Source: Monocercomonoides exilis PA203
Lineage: Eukaryota > Protista > Preaxostyla
Direction: 5' to 3'
DNA length: 64,000 nt
Assembly (NCBI GenBank): GCA_001643675.2
Contig: LSRY02000016.1
Location: forward strand, 124,001-188,000
The notes under the pieces were generated by a model. It saw only the letters and a program-made list of their open reading frames with translations, had not been told where the DNA came from and ran no database searches. Position 1 is the stretch's first letter. Each line of letters begins with the position of its first letter. Positions 22,801 through 35,835 of the stretch are shown one piece after another. A program made the translations under genes and the position numbers.

Positions 22801-25800
22801 TCGTCACAAGATGATGCAAAAATCCTTCCGTAATATTATTATTAATTCCAGTAACTTTTGTCCTTATTCCTTTTCCATACGGAACAGCTGCTGAAATTTG
22901 TGACGCACCTTTCCCGTATTTTTTCTTCAGTGCTGCCAGCCACTCATCCTTCACGCTCTCCTCCACAAAACATAATCCACTTGACGTATTTGACGAGCGT
23001 AGTGTATATCCTCCTGATACGCTGACTGTTGTCCCACAATAAATGCAAACAAGATCTGTCTGAACAGCATTCATCAGCCACTTGACCCAGCTGAGATATT
23101 CCGTTGCTGTCGGATGCATCGAATACAAAACACGATATCCTCTTTTGACGAAGAATTCAGCCAAAAATAGCCCACTTCCAACAGGGCGTGAACACGTTGA
23201 AGAAGAAGAGGAGGAGGAGGAAGAGGAAGAAGCAGCTTGACGATGCGAAATATTCTCTGCTGATGGAACCATAAAAATTGCGCAAACATAACGAAAAGAA
23301 AGAAGTGGAAATGTTCTTGGCGTAATTCTATCAAGATTTATACAGCCCATTTTATCTAATTCTCTTTCTTGTTCAGCCCAAATGGAGTCATAATCAACCG
23401 TCTGACTCATCTTCAATGCAAAGTCTATGAATTGTCGCTTGCGCTCGTCTGTGTTATCTTGCAATGCAAATTGCTTTGCTTGAAGCTCGAAGATATCATC
23501 ATCATCTTTTTCTTCTTCCTCCTCTTCTTCTTCAATACCTCCCACTAATTCAACAGATCCAACACATCTTATGCATTTATTAGACGATGGCTTTGGACAG
23601 CCAAGCACTTTCATATGTAAATTATTTGTGATTTCTGTTGCTTGCAGTTCTCTTTCTTTCTTAGAAAGAAGAGGCAGCACAGGCAATTCTTCAAGAGTGC
23701 TATTTGCAGCAGTAATCTCCGCATGCTGTGAGTTCCCCAGCAGCAGCTGGATGTGTGAAGCCATTTCTTTCCAGTCAATCAGCGGGTCAATTTCCAGAAG
23801 AGATAAAAAGTGTTTGGTGAAAGAATCTTCTTTTCCTCCATCAGGCTTAAAACTTACGTAGCGTGACTCGTCCGCTCTACTCGATGCAATATGAATAATG
23901 TTTGGTCTCGACAAAATTGAGTCACCTGAAGATCTTTCGCTCGAAGATGGCAAATGACCATCTCCGGAGAATTGAACCAAAGGACGAGACATCGTTTTGT
24001 TTGAAGAATCGTCTGAAGCAGCAGATGCACTTAAGCACTCATCAATCTGCGATAATCCAAAAATATCACCCACACCAGATGAGCAAGTAATTAACACCAC
24101 GCGCAATCCTGGTTTGGGCTTATTCTTCATTAAAAGCTCACGCAGATAGCTGGTGCGGATGTAATTGCAGCTTCCGATGCCCTCCACCTGCTTCCTCATT
24201 CCCTCTCCGCTCAGCTCGGCAACTATTCCCACTTCTCTCCTTTCACTTCTCATTCGATTTATCCATCTGTCTTTTTCCTTGTCATTCATAAAACACAAAG
24301 CTGCTTCTGAATTACTTGAAGTATTCGCAGCGGAAGATGCAGAACTTGACTGTAACGTAGATGACTTCTTTGTGCTGTCTATAATATCGACAGTGATGCC
24401 AACGTAGACAGAAACAAAGTCAACTTGCACATTCTGCAGAAGCCACTCCATCCAGCGATAGTATTCAGATGCCGTTGGGTCTGCAAAATAACCAACGCGA
24501 TAGCCTCTCCTGACAAAAAGCTGCACATAACTCATTCCTTGTTCCATTGCTTCGTTCATCTTCTCCTTCATCTTGCTTCTTTCTCCTGCATCAACAGGCT
24601 TTCCATCCGATTCGGTTGCATCATCTGGGTCAAGATGGTATCGGGATGTGACAATAAACACGGCTGCAAAGTGGCCAAGGCGAATCGAAGGGAAAGTATC
24701 TAAAGTGAACCTGTTGAGGTTTATGCAGCCCAACCTGTCAAGCTGAACCATGTATTTTGCACAAGCAGATGGATATGCAAAGGATTGTTGCATTTCCAAC
24801 AGAAAGGAGATTTCTCGTTTCAGTTCCGCTTTTCGTTGAACTGTAAAAGATTCAAGAATGTTTTGCGTTTTTTGTTCCCTTTTCTGCTTCTTTTTTTCTT
24901 TGTGCAAGCTTTCCTCTTCATTCGCATCACTTTTTTCTTTCGAATTTGTGGAAGAACGCTTTTCGGGTATTTTTTCGTCCAATGTTGGATTTCGATTAGG
25001 TTGCCCCTTTCCAGATATTTCTGCAAACATGGCTCTATTTTTCTCTCTCAGCTTGTCTATTTCACTTGCATTTCCCCTGCTTTTGTCACTTTCCATCAAA
25101 TTTAACTCTTTTTCTTTTGATTTCTTGCTATTTTGTATTCTCTTTTCATTTTCTATTTCATTGTTTGTTTTCCTTTCTCCTTTCAATTGCTCTGCTTCTT
25201 TTCCTTCATCCTTGTCTCTTTCCTTTTTCTCTTTTTTCTTGTTGTTACTCAAGTTTGAAGGATTAACACGAAGATCTCCACCAACCTTAGGCTTTTTTGA
25301 ATCAACTAAAATGTTACTCTGCTGCTCTTTATTTTCTTCATCATCTCCTTTTTTTCCTTCTTCCTTCGGTTTTAGTGAAAAATTCCCGCTATCACTTTTT
25401 CCTTTATCTAAATTTTCTTTCCTTCTTCGGAATCTTTCCCGATTTGTGTAAAGTTCATGTGTCACATCATCATCTGAATCAGGTTTTGCGGGATTATTAT
25501 CAACATTTTGATCATTGTTACGCTTATTTTCCTTTTTGCATTCACCAAAAGCTCCGCCTTTGTTCCCAATCTGACTTCTTGCTCTTTCATCTTTCCCTGT
25601 TTTGTTCTGTCTGTCTTCCCTCTTCAATTCGCATGAAGAAGATGCTTCTGTTGCTTCTGGAGCATCCGAAGATTCTTTTCTCAGCCATTTTGCTTGGCAT
25701 CCGTTGAAGTGCACATCAAATAATTTCTTTGAGAAGAATTCTGTGTTGCACATGCAGCAGAGCAGATGAGTCTTATCGGAAACTGGTTTTTCTTCCGTCA

Positions 25801-27735
25801 GCTGAACTTTTCTTTTTGTGCTTTCCTGATTCCTTTCACGTGACCTCTCTTTCTTTTGGCTGCTGCATTCATCTTGCTCATCGTTTGACAATGGAAGTAC
25901 TGATTTGCTCGGAACAGACCGCAAGCTGTTTAGAGAAACATCTTGCTTCACTGTTACTTCAAGAGCAGATGGAAAAGTTGGAAATGGAAAGGAAGGTGAA
26001 GGCGATGATGAGTGAGACGAGTTAGAAGAAGATGGAGAAGGCAGTGCTTGATTCTCCGCACGAGGAATGCGTGTGTGAGCATGATGTTTTTGCTGAGTTT
26101 CAGTGTCTGCATTTGGAATATGAGAAGTCTGGACTATTTCAACAGTAGTCTTTGTTGGAGTGTGATTAGCAATGTCTGCAGAAGATGATGTTGGCTGAGG
26201 GGAACGTGGTGCTCCATTGGCTGCCGTGCGAAGGCCCTGTTGAATGCGATTTTTGCTTTCTCCTGTTTTTGCTCCTGTTTTAAAAGTTGCCTTTTCATCT
26301 GTGATTTCTCCACTGGTTTTTTCTGGTTTTTCGGGTTTCTCCTTCTTTGCTCCTTCTTTTCTCGCTGAAGGTCTGTCATCTATTTTATTCTCTGTCAGCC
26401 CACCATCACAATCACTAGAGAATGTGCTAGCCGTTGAACGCGTTTTTGAATACTCCTCTTTTGCCTCTGAAGTTGCTCGTCTCTTTTTGAGTGATGGTGC
26501 AGGAACCCTCAACTGTGGCGAATACGAAGACGAAGAAGTTGAAGAAGAAGTTGATGTTGATGATTCTGCATCTGCTGAATGCACAGAATGCTTCAATGGA
26601 AATCTGAATGTTCTGAGCCTTTCGCTAAGCTGAGATAGTGTTGGTCGCTTTTTTGGATTCTTATTGCATTATCATGTTTTTTAACAATGAAAATTCAAGA
26701 TCATAAAAGTGAACTTCTGGTTAAAATCCTCTAAAATATTATTTAGCGTCAAACTTCTTCCAGAGTGTCGATAAATAACTGCATCAGCGGTTCTGAAGGA
26801 TCAGTAATATCATTTTTACTGAAATTTTTCATCGATTCTCTAACCGCATTTGAATCAATTCCTGTAAAAATGGGTTTTTTCGAATGAGCATAAAATATCA
26901 GTGATCCTAATGAAAACGCATCGCTTGCGATTGTAGGCCTTTCATTTAAACAAACATGCATCAAGATATTTTTTGTTAAAACATTCAAACCTACAACCAT
27001 CAATTATCTCGGGAGCAATGAAAGATAATGTAAAAGGTGATGAATGAGATGATAGAAACTTTGACGGAAAAAAGGATGCCAATCCAAAATCATCTTTCTC
27101 AAAAATTAATCGAAGGAATTTTAAAACAATTCAAACTTATTTTCATATCCATGTTTTCATTGATAAAAACATTTTCAGGATGGAGCCTTCCATGCACGAT
27201 ACCAAAGGAAGCAATGTAATTAAGTGCATCAATTGCTTGCATTGCAAATTTTAAGATGAACTGCAAAAAAATAAAATATTTTATTAAATTGAATTATCAA
27301 ACTTTCGAAGAAATAAGTGTTGCAATTTCCGGATTATTTATTGCTGCGAAAAGCGAAGTATCTCCTTGATCTTCTGTTAATGCGTGACACATACGCTCAG
27401 TTATTATGCACCGTGTATAACGAACAATTCCCTTGTTATGATAGTGAGTCAGATTCGTAAATTTAGATTTGTTATCCTTGTCTAAATTTATATTTTCTCG
27501 TTTTATTCGTTTCCAAATAGATATTTCGCCTGTTTTCGTATATCTTACTCTTGAAGAGGAACCAAGAGTTCCTTTTTTGAGAGAATTTACAACCTCATCT
27601 GAAAAATTAGTAATTTTTATTCAAAAATAATATTAACTTCATAGCCATAAAATAAAAAAGAATATTTATACAATCATTTCCCGATTTTTTTGCTGGTGAA
27701 TCCGGTTTAGCAACTTCACTCATGATCTTGCCCAT
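19874..27735 (-). CDS. Pseudokinase + C2HC zinc finger + four tandem metacaspase-like (peptidase C14) domains; single in-frame TAG at 22019-22021
   Basis: Predicted exons 27735-27672, 27598-27303, 27260-27137, 27093-26991, 26938-26755 and 26659-19874 splice in frame through GT-AG introns. They give a kinase fold (KGTLG, IWKR, VHGRLHPEN, DFG, APE, SDAFSLG, LEE|NPKKRPT). Four repeats begin with LDxxG(C/F)(I/F)NLxR; only repeat 4 has YFSGHGG and SECCHAG. ORFs 22019..26596 and 19874..21910 are in the same frame, separated only by the TAG and 36 sense codons. Confidence 0.8.
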
Positions 27736-27878
27736 TTCTAAAAATATCTCTTCAAAAAAAGTAAATTCGAGCTAAATACTTATTACAGTAACATTAGTGA
27801 GTATGATGATGATCTTTATTAAAATTAGAGTAAAATAAATATTAATAAACTCCAACTCCAAAAGAAAAATCAAAAATA

Positions 27879-30102
27879 TTATTGTTCTTTTGGAAGTGGA
27901 TTCTTTTTTGAACTTATTCTTTGACTTTTTAATTCACTTGCTAAGGTTCTTGAAGTTCTTCTAGAAGATAATGCAGAAGGGGAAGATGAGATCTGGCTTT
28001 GCCTCATTTCCTTCAGTATTTGCAATTCGCTTTCAAGGCGGTTGCATTCGCTTGCCAATTGGACGTTTCGTTTTCTCAAAGCATCTGCCCCTTTCTTCTC
28101 TATTCTAATTTCTTCCTCTTTCTTTTGCAGCTCCCTTTTAGTTTTTGCTCCTTCTTTTTCTTCTCTCTGCAGCTCTTTCTCGATTTCCCTTTCTCTCCGC
28201 TCTGCCGCCGAGGCTGAAGACTCTGCAAGCTTCTGCTGGTGCCTTAGAAGCAGCGTCTCAGCTTTGCTGCGCCGAAGAAGCACAGAAAGTGAATGGGGCA
28301 TTTTCGTGGTGCTCAGCGAAGACTGCCGGAAATTCAAATTTCTCGGATGGTGCGGCTGATGCTGTTTGGAAGACAGGGGAAGAGATGAACTGGATGAAGT
28401 TGAAGCAGATGATGATGCTGATGATGATGATTTCTTAATAAGCGCATCTATTTCATCTTTTGAGAAGCATTGGAGATGATATGGAGATGCAGTTCTTGTG
28501 TTGGCTTTTGATGTCTTTTTGCTTTTCTTCTTCTTCTTCTTCTTCTTCTTTAACTTGTCCATTTGAAGTGATTTTAGTTGAAGATTTTTAATGTTCATTG
28601 GTGAAATGATTCCCGTGTTTGCTTTGGATTTGTGTGAAGATCCTAACTGTGATTGCATCTGATGTGCTTCGTCCGGAGCTGAATGCAAACTTTTGTCATA
28701 TTCATTACAAGCAATCACAGAACAATTTGCAAAAGAATCGTCTCTTTCAAATTCATCGTTATCATCGTCTTCTTCTGAGTTATCATCTTTGTCTTTTTCT
28801 CTTGTTTCTCTGGCTTCTATCTTTAGCTCCTCTTTCTTTCGGTGCTTTTCACGTTCCCACAATATCGACAGCAGCGTGTGCATCATTGCTTCAACTGTTT
28901 GTGGAGAAAGCGAAGAATCAGACTGTTCTTGGGAAGCACTTTCTGCTCGCATAGTTCCTGTCGATGTGTTTGAATAGCCAGAAGGCGATGAGAGAGGAGA
29001 AGGACGAAAAGTGGAAGAGTTCTCGAAATTTGAGCTTGGCATAGTTTTGTTCATAGACTTCCATTCTGCAGGTGCATCAACTGCCGCAGGGCTTCCAGAC
29101 AGAGGAGATCGATAAGGGCTGTCTGACGTAATTGGCTTCAAGGAAGTTGGTGTTATTGTTGATTGAGGTATCGCTTCAGTTATTGAATTAGCCAACTTCG
29201 AATTAGATTGGTATTTATGATCGGAACTATCGTGAGAATTCGTTGCAAAAACAGATCCAAGCATTGGCGAATGGATTTCTTCTTTGGTCACATTTTGATA
29301 AGAGTCTGTAATGTTTGATGTTGGATTAAAAATTTTATTATCTAATCTACTTGCAGATTTTATCGAGTCATGTGAGTTCATTGTGGAATGAAGTGCCGTT
29401 GGGGATGTAGACATTGAAGAAGCAAAATCTGCAGGAGATGGCGAACTTGAATGGCCAAAATCCAAAGGCAATGAGTTGGATACAGTCAAATATTTATTTG
29501 ATTCGTGAAATGAATGAAATGAAAATTGTGATGATATAGGTGGCGGTGGAGGTGGAGGAGGCAGCAACAATTCAAAAGAGGTGGATACTATGTTTCGCTG
29601 ATATGTTTCTTGGCCAGTATTTTGTTCGAAAGCACCTGATGATTTTAAAAATGAAAATGAAGAAATTCCATCTTGCTGAGAAAAATTAAAAATAAAACAT
29701 TTGTTCCTAAAAAGAATTACGTACAGTAGGTGAGTTCGGGTGGATGTACACATCATCTTCTATTTGCTTCTGAATGAAAGAATCTTTTGAATTTTGATCA
29801 ATTTCTCTTTTCTCCGTTCTTTGAGTTTGATCAAAATCATAAAGACTAGAAGGGAAGCGTGGAATATGGATGCGATGTCTCAAATGCTCTTTACGTTTTT
29901 CATCATTTCGTTCAAAAGAAAAGAAAGTTGAAAGTGGTTGAATTAACTTTGGTTCGATTGTTTCTTTCGTGGGAAAATCAAATTGTGAATATAAATGATC
30001 GAAAATGCAAACTGTATTGCATGTTATTCAGACGGTCGAACTTTTTGCAATTTAAAAACAGAACACTTATTTAAATAATTTTAGCATTGATCGACTTTCC
30101 AT
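27879..30102 (-). CDS. Hypothetical Ser/Pro-rich protein with C-terminal coiled coil; multi-exon, start uncertain
   Basis: 625-codon ORF. A GT-AG intron 29724-29676 joins it to an upstream open exon (...DDVYIHPNSPT|QDGISS). The ATG at 30102 is only a candidate start. Confidence 0.55.
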
Positions 30103-30189
30103 AAAAAAATATTTACAAAAATTTAAAAATCATTCTTTATCACAAACATAACAAAAAACCGAATCAGGTTATTTACAATTAAAGTTAAA

Positions 30190-31890
30190 ATATAAAGTGC
30201 ATTGCATGCTGTGCAACAAGATTATTTCTTTTAGGCTTTATTTCCAACGAAAAATATTCTATATTCTTGTGATTTGGCAAGCAACACATGCATTCTAATT
30301 AAATCTTCCAATATTGACTTCGTTGTCTATCGTATTTTTGAGTGCTTTAAATTCTCATAAAAATAAGTGTCTCCTCAAAATAGTCAAAGTTCGTGAAACT
30401 AAACTCAACCACTCTTCTCTTTTCCTCGTTTCCCTTTTCCATCATCTTTCGACTCTTTCTCTCCATCTCATCTATTTTATGTTTTCCCATCGCCCATAAG
30501 CACCTTTTCAGCTCCGTGGAAACTGATTTCTCTTCAAACCTTCTTCTCCTGCAGACATTTCAAATGAATGGTTTTTATTGATTGATTCTCTAATTTCTCT
30601 AAGAATTGACCAAAATTCTCATTTCCTAACATAAAACAAGCATTTTCTCGTATCCTACAGCTTTCTCTGTCTTTTTTGGGCAAGGCATTATTTCTGTTCC
30701 AAGTGACAAAGAAAATGATTAATCATTCATTGAATAGTCCTTCAGGCATTGAGCTAACATCTTGTCAAAATATCTTCTAATTCAATAAAAAGAAGTTAAG
30801 CCGTTTGCATCATTTGCGAGCGCTCATTATGCATTGCGCTTCGAATATCTGTTGAATGCATGTACAAAAATTGGTCGTTCTTTTTCGAGGAAGCACTTCA
30901 CGGATGGAGTTCTGGTTGATTATGTGAATGATTTCAAATGCTCTTCAGATGTCTCAAATTTTAGTCTGAAGCAACAAAATGACTGAATCATTCGAAGATA
31001 CCTTTTCGTTTGACGGAAACTTCTTTCTTTCTTTTCCATCTTTGCTGCCATCTGATATAAAATTCGATTCATTTCACTCTCAACTGAGCCGATCCAATAT
31101 AAAAGGTTTCGAGCAAAAACTTCTTCATTTATTTCTTTGTCCACGCAATACACTTCCTCATCTTAACTCTTCTTTTGTTCTGCTATGTTTGCTTCATTAC
31201 ACTTTCGTCTTAATCTGTGAAGTTTTTTCTATTTTTGCATCGCAACTGCTATTTTGCAAAATCTGTCAAGAAATTGAATAAAATGAATTCCGTTTAATTC
31301 AAAATGGAATCCATGCAATATTCCATGTTGGAATAATATAAAATAAATGTATGTTGTTCGTTATAAAATGAATATGCTTTGTGGTTATCACTTTTCATGC
31401 TCACAACAAGTTACAAAAAGAAATCACGTAATCAGTTTGGTTGTTCTGTCAGATAAACTCCCTTGTAATTTTTTTTTTCATCTTCTGTACTCAGCCACTT
31501 CTGTTTCTTGTCTGACCTTCTCTCTTGCTTGCGCAATTTTCTTCATCTCTATCTTTTGCATTTGAGCCTTCCTCTTTTTATTTCCCTTCTCAGAAATTTT
31601 TGCTATTTGCTTAAATGATTGCGTTTAGTTGTGAGTTTCTCTTTGAGTTTTGCTAAATAACAGTCATTTTAGAAATAATGTTATAAATTGCACAAAATGC
31701 GAAAATTTTGTACAGCTGCAAGGTCTTGTTGCACGGAAATCGAACTTTGGAAGTCATTGTATTTTTCTCGTTTTCAAATTTGAATTATCTGAATTCTTTC
31801 TTTTGCTAAATATCACCAAATTGTTTTATGACCTTAATCAATTTCCCTTTCGTAATGTGTTTGTTTGAGCATTAATCCATCTTCAGTTTA
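30190..31890 (-). pseudogene. Possible decayed gene (purine-rich, coding-like composition, no long ORF)
   Basis: The minus strand gives K/E/R-rich protein-like stretches in more than one frame, interrupted by many stops. No homology recognised. Confidence 0.25.
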
Positions 31891-32347
31891 GTGTTAATTT
31901 CTGAACAGGAAATACAGCACGCTATGGCCTGCTTCCTTTTTTGATGAAAAAACTGCTTTCAAAAGATTTTCGTCAAAATGTTACTGGCAAAGCATAAAAA
32001 AATTTAGCTTTCATTTCAAGAAAAGCTATTTTTTAATTCTTTGGCACTCTTTAAATTGTAGGCACAAATTGAACAGTACAATTCTTTTTTCATTTTCATT
32101 ACACAATTTAATAACAAATATAACATGAGGAAATTCTTGAAAGTTCTCTTCGAAATAATAACTAGTGAAAAAACATGAAATTATATCTAACCAATTTTTT
32201 TTTTTTCTTTAACTCCAGAAAAAATTTTTGATGTGGTAATTCTTTTTAAATAAAATATTGCAATAATTTTATGAAAAAATTTTAGAAAAATCAAACGACA
32301 TCTCATTTACCATAAGAAAAATGTCTTTAACCATTCTTTAGAATTCG

Positions 32348-33188
32348 ATGAATTGTCTTATCTGCTGGTTTTGCTTATTTTTTGTACATTGTGGGAACAT
32401 TAACGATTATAAAACAGAAGAACTTATAAGAGAAGAGTATGAAACTTTTGAATAATTAATTGCTTCGGGTGAGTATTTGCTTTTTTTAATTTTTATTTTT
32501 GATTTTTGATTTTAGAGATGATCCTTACACAGCGGGTGGACTTTTCACTCTGAGATATAATTTTGCACATAAAGTTGGACCATATGGAAAAAATAAGCTT
32601 ATATGCCAAACAACTGACTGCGTTGCTCAAGCAGTTTTCAGTGATACTCAATGTATTTGTTTGGGTGATTTGAGCACAGAAAAAATTTCATTTTTCGACA
32701 ATAGGGAAGGATTTACGTATCAATGTTTGCATTTATAGTTAAATTCAATATTTGAAAAAGGTTATTTTTGAAGATAAAGGATATTCAGATTCAGAGAAAA
32801 GATCATTCGTTTGGTCTGTTGAATGTTCACACGATCTCGTTTCAAATGTTTCTATGGATGTGTTTGATTGATTTTTAAAATAAGTTTAAACATTTTTTTA
32901 TAACAATATTCAATTTCAATTATTTATGACTTTTTTTTTTGAAGTGATAATGACATTTACCGAATAAATGTCTTAACAAAAGGTCCTGTTGGCTGCAAAG
33001 GTCATGTTGATCCAGGAAACGGAAAAAATGAAACCAACATAACTATTACAACAACCCCCAATTTATCGGGAGGTGTAATTGCAGTAATTATTATTGTTGT
33101 TGTTCTGTTTATTGGAGGAGTAATTGGTGTTGGGGTATTTTTGTTTATCCGCTTTAAAAAGAGGGCAAAATATGATGCATTAAAATAA
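32348..33188 (+). CDS. Small type I membrane protein (209 aa), MRH/ATG27/CD-MPR-like lumenal domain with C-terminal YxxL
   Basis: Exons 32348-32436, 32516-32724, 32774-32861 and 32945-33188 give 630 nt in frame. Signal peptide; pattern CICLGDL...GFTYQYKG...RSFVWSVEC...YRINVLT..GC; TM GGVIAVIIIVVVLFIGGVIGVGVFLFI; tail RFKKRAKYDALK. Confidence 0.6.
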
Positions 33189-34688
33189 TTTGTATTTGTG
33201 ATTATTCAAGTCCAGGAAATGGGCTTTGTTTTGTTTGTGACTCCCTCACGCAGAGTTAAGAGTTCTTTCTTAAATTGTTTTTCAAATTTTTTTTATTTTT
33301 CGATTTTGTCTTTTGATTTCCATACTTTGGAGTGTCTCTGTGTTTATTGTAAGTCCATTAACATTTTTATGAGCATTTATGAGTGATACAAATATTGATG
33401 AATGTTAATCCTTTTCATCTACAAAATATTTTGCGGAATGACTTTCGCATTATCCATTAGTACGAAACATCAAGTATAGATTTGAATTTATTTGTTTTGT
33501 TTGTTTTTGTTTTATTTTTTATTTTTATTTTTATTTTATTTTTTATTTTTTATTTGCGAATTTCATGAAGAATTCAGAGTTAATTTTCTGCTTTTTGGAA
33601 AAAATTCCACGATATTTTCCAAACTTTTTCTTCTTTCATATCATAATAATGTAAAAATTATTATGCAAAAAAGAATCTAGTGAATTTTTTGAATTACGAA
33701 AAGGATTCTAAAATGTTTTAAGGAACATTTTTTTGAAAGATAAAAAAACAGAACCAAATTTTCAAGATCAAAAAATTGTTATTTACGGAGAGGAATTACA
33801 AAGTTCTACAGTTGTGAAGAAATATTCCCATATTGTGTAGATTAAAAAATATACGTTCGCAAGGATTTCTCTAAGTGTTTATTGTTTTCATTCATGCAAA
33901 AATATTCCATTGACAATAAATCCATGTGTTGCGCAAATATCATCATAAATTTGCCAAGTGAATAAATAAGAATTGAAGATCTAAATTTTGTTTCCTTAAC
34001 TTCCTTCTTGTTTCATTAAACTGCTGCAAAAAATATCGCAACCTGAAAGTCACATTATTGATAATATCAAATATCTCTTTAATGAATTAAATCATTCATA
34101 ATCTCTTCTGAAAAAACAATATATCTTCGTAATTCAAAAATGTAAAACTGTCAATAATTCTTTTCTTTTAACTTTTTTTTCATTTTCTATTTTTTGAATG
34201 TCAATGACATCAAAAAAGCAATTTCAACGCTCAATTCTATTTTATATTTCTTTTTTGCAATTTTATAAAAACATAAATATATTTTGTGTTATCAACAAAC
34301 AATTCGTTCAAGAATTGGATAAATTATTTTTGTAATACAATAATTGATCAAATGAACTTAACAATATATTTTTTTTTTCATTTTATCTGTTGTATTTCCA
34401 AATTAATGCATAACTTTCATTATGATTTAATGAATTCTAATAAAGAGATCCTTGAAGGAGGAAATTGGTTCTCCACGTTGGCGGAATTTCTGATAATTTA
34501 AAACTTAAGTCAACAGGTGTTCCATTGCTATGATTCTTTGTTTAGAATCAAAAATAATTGTATTACAATTAAGAAAGCATCAAGAAAGCATTTTCATTCT
34601 ATCAGATATTATCATGATATTTTGACTTGACGATTTTTTTATTTGAAGATATCGTGGTTGTGATCATTAATTTAAGATTTAAACAAAG

Positions 34689-35773
34689 ATGATAGTTATA
34701 TTATATCTAGTATTCATCAAATATTCATACATGAGCCTTTTATCTTCATCTTCTTTGGATATATGTGTTAAAGATGGCAATTCCACAAATTTAAATATCA
34801 ATTGCGAAAAGAAAATTGTAATGGCGTTGACGTTAGATGGGGGGCAGGTACAATTGCACTGTACATTTTAACAATTGTAACTTTTATTTTTCTTTATTTT
34901 ATTTTTTTGTGTTATATTTTTATTTCAATTTATATTAATTGCGAAGGATTCTACGGAAGAATTTGAATTTGAAATGACAAATATTACTGATACAAACGGA
35001 GAAAATTATATTCTTGATAAATCAATTAGTATTACATGCAAAAAATCAGTTCCATCTTACTATTATCCATTGACTAGTCAACAGATTTACTATTTTAGTA
35101 CTTATGAGAAAGTAATTGTTCCATCATCAACAATGAGCAGTTGTATAGCAGACTACAGCGCAATGCAACCAACATGCGGGCATCAATATGATCCTGCAAC
35201 AGGATACAAAATTCCATATTCCTTCGGGTTTTGTTGTGATTGCTCAATGAATTTATATTTATCGACAAAAGGAAACAACACGAGAACAAAAGTATATATC
35301 ATGATTCATGTTGCATTCAAATAACATATCTTGTTTCTAAACTTCGATCTTATACGAATTTCTTATTTTTTTCTTTCACCTCGCTTACACACATTTTCTC
35401 TCTCTCTTTCTCTCTCTCTCTCATTCTCATTCTCATTCTCTCTCTCCTTCTCCCTCTTCATTTTCCTCTCCCTCTCTCATTCACTCACTCAAACTTTGTT
35501 TTCATCGTTATTTTATGTGAATGTGGGTGGGTGTGCAAATGCATTTTAAAAATTTTACAGCCTGCTTGCGATAAAGGCATTGGGGCATCATCGGCTCATT
35601 GCCTGCGATTTATTGAGCCTAAATTTTTAGGAATGACAATCAAACCTCCTTCTACGCAATGGGATATTTCATGCTCAGTAAAAACAACAAACATGAACAC
35701 AAACCTGCAAGAAAGAGTTTGTTTTGGAAAAAAAAATCTTTTTGTTTTATTTTATTTTATTCTATTTTATTCT

Positions 35774-35835
<62 letters not shown>

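Noticed and set aside
32452-32454. In-frame TAA in the first part of the small membrane-protein gene
   Set aside because: It is removed by a phase-compatible GTATGA...TTTAG intron (32437-32515), so no readthrough is needed.
33600-34615. Apparent minus-strand reading frame from ATG 34615, divergent from HAP2, that would be open if stops were recoded
   Set aside because: It has roughly 20 stops in ~320 codons, not clearly below chance for DNA this AT-rich, and no recognisable motifs.
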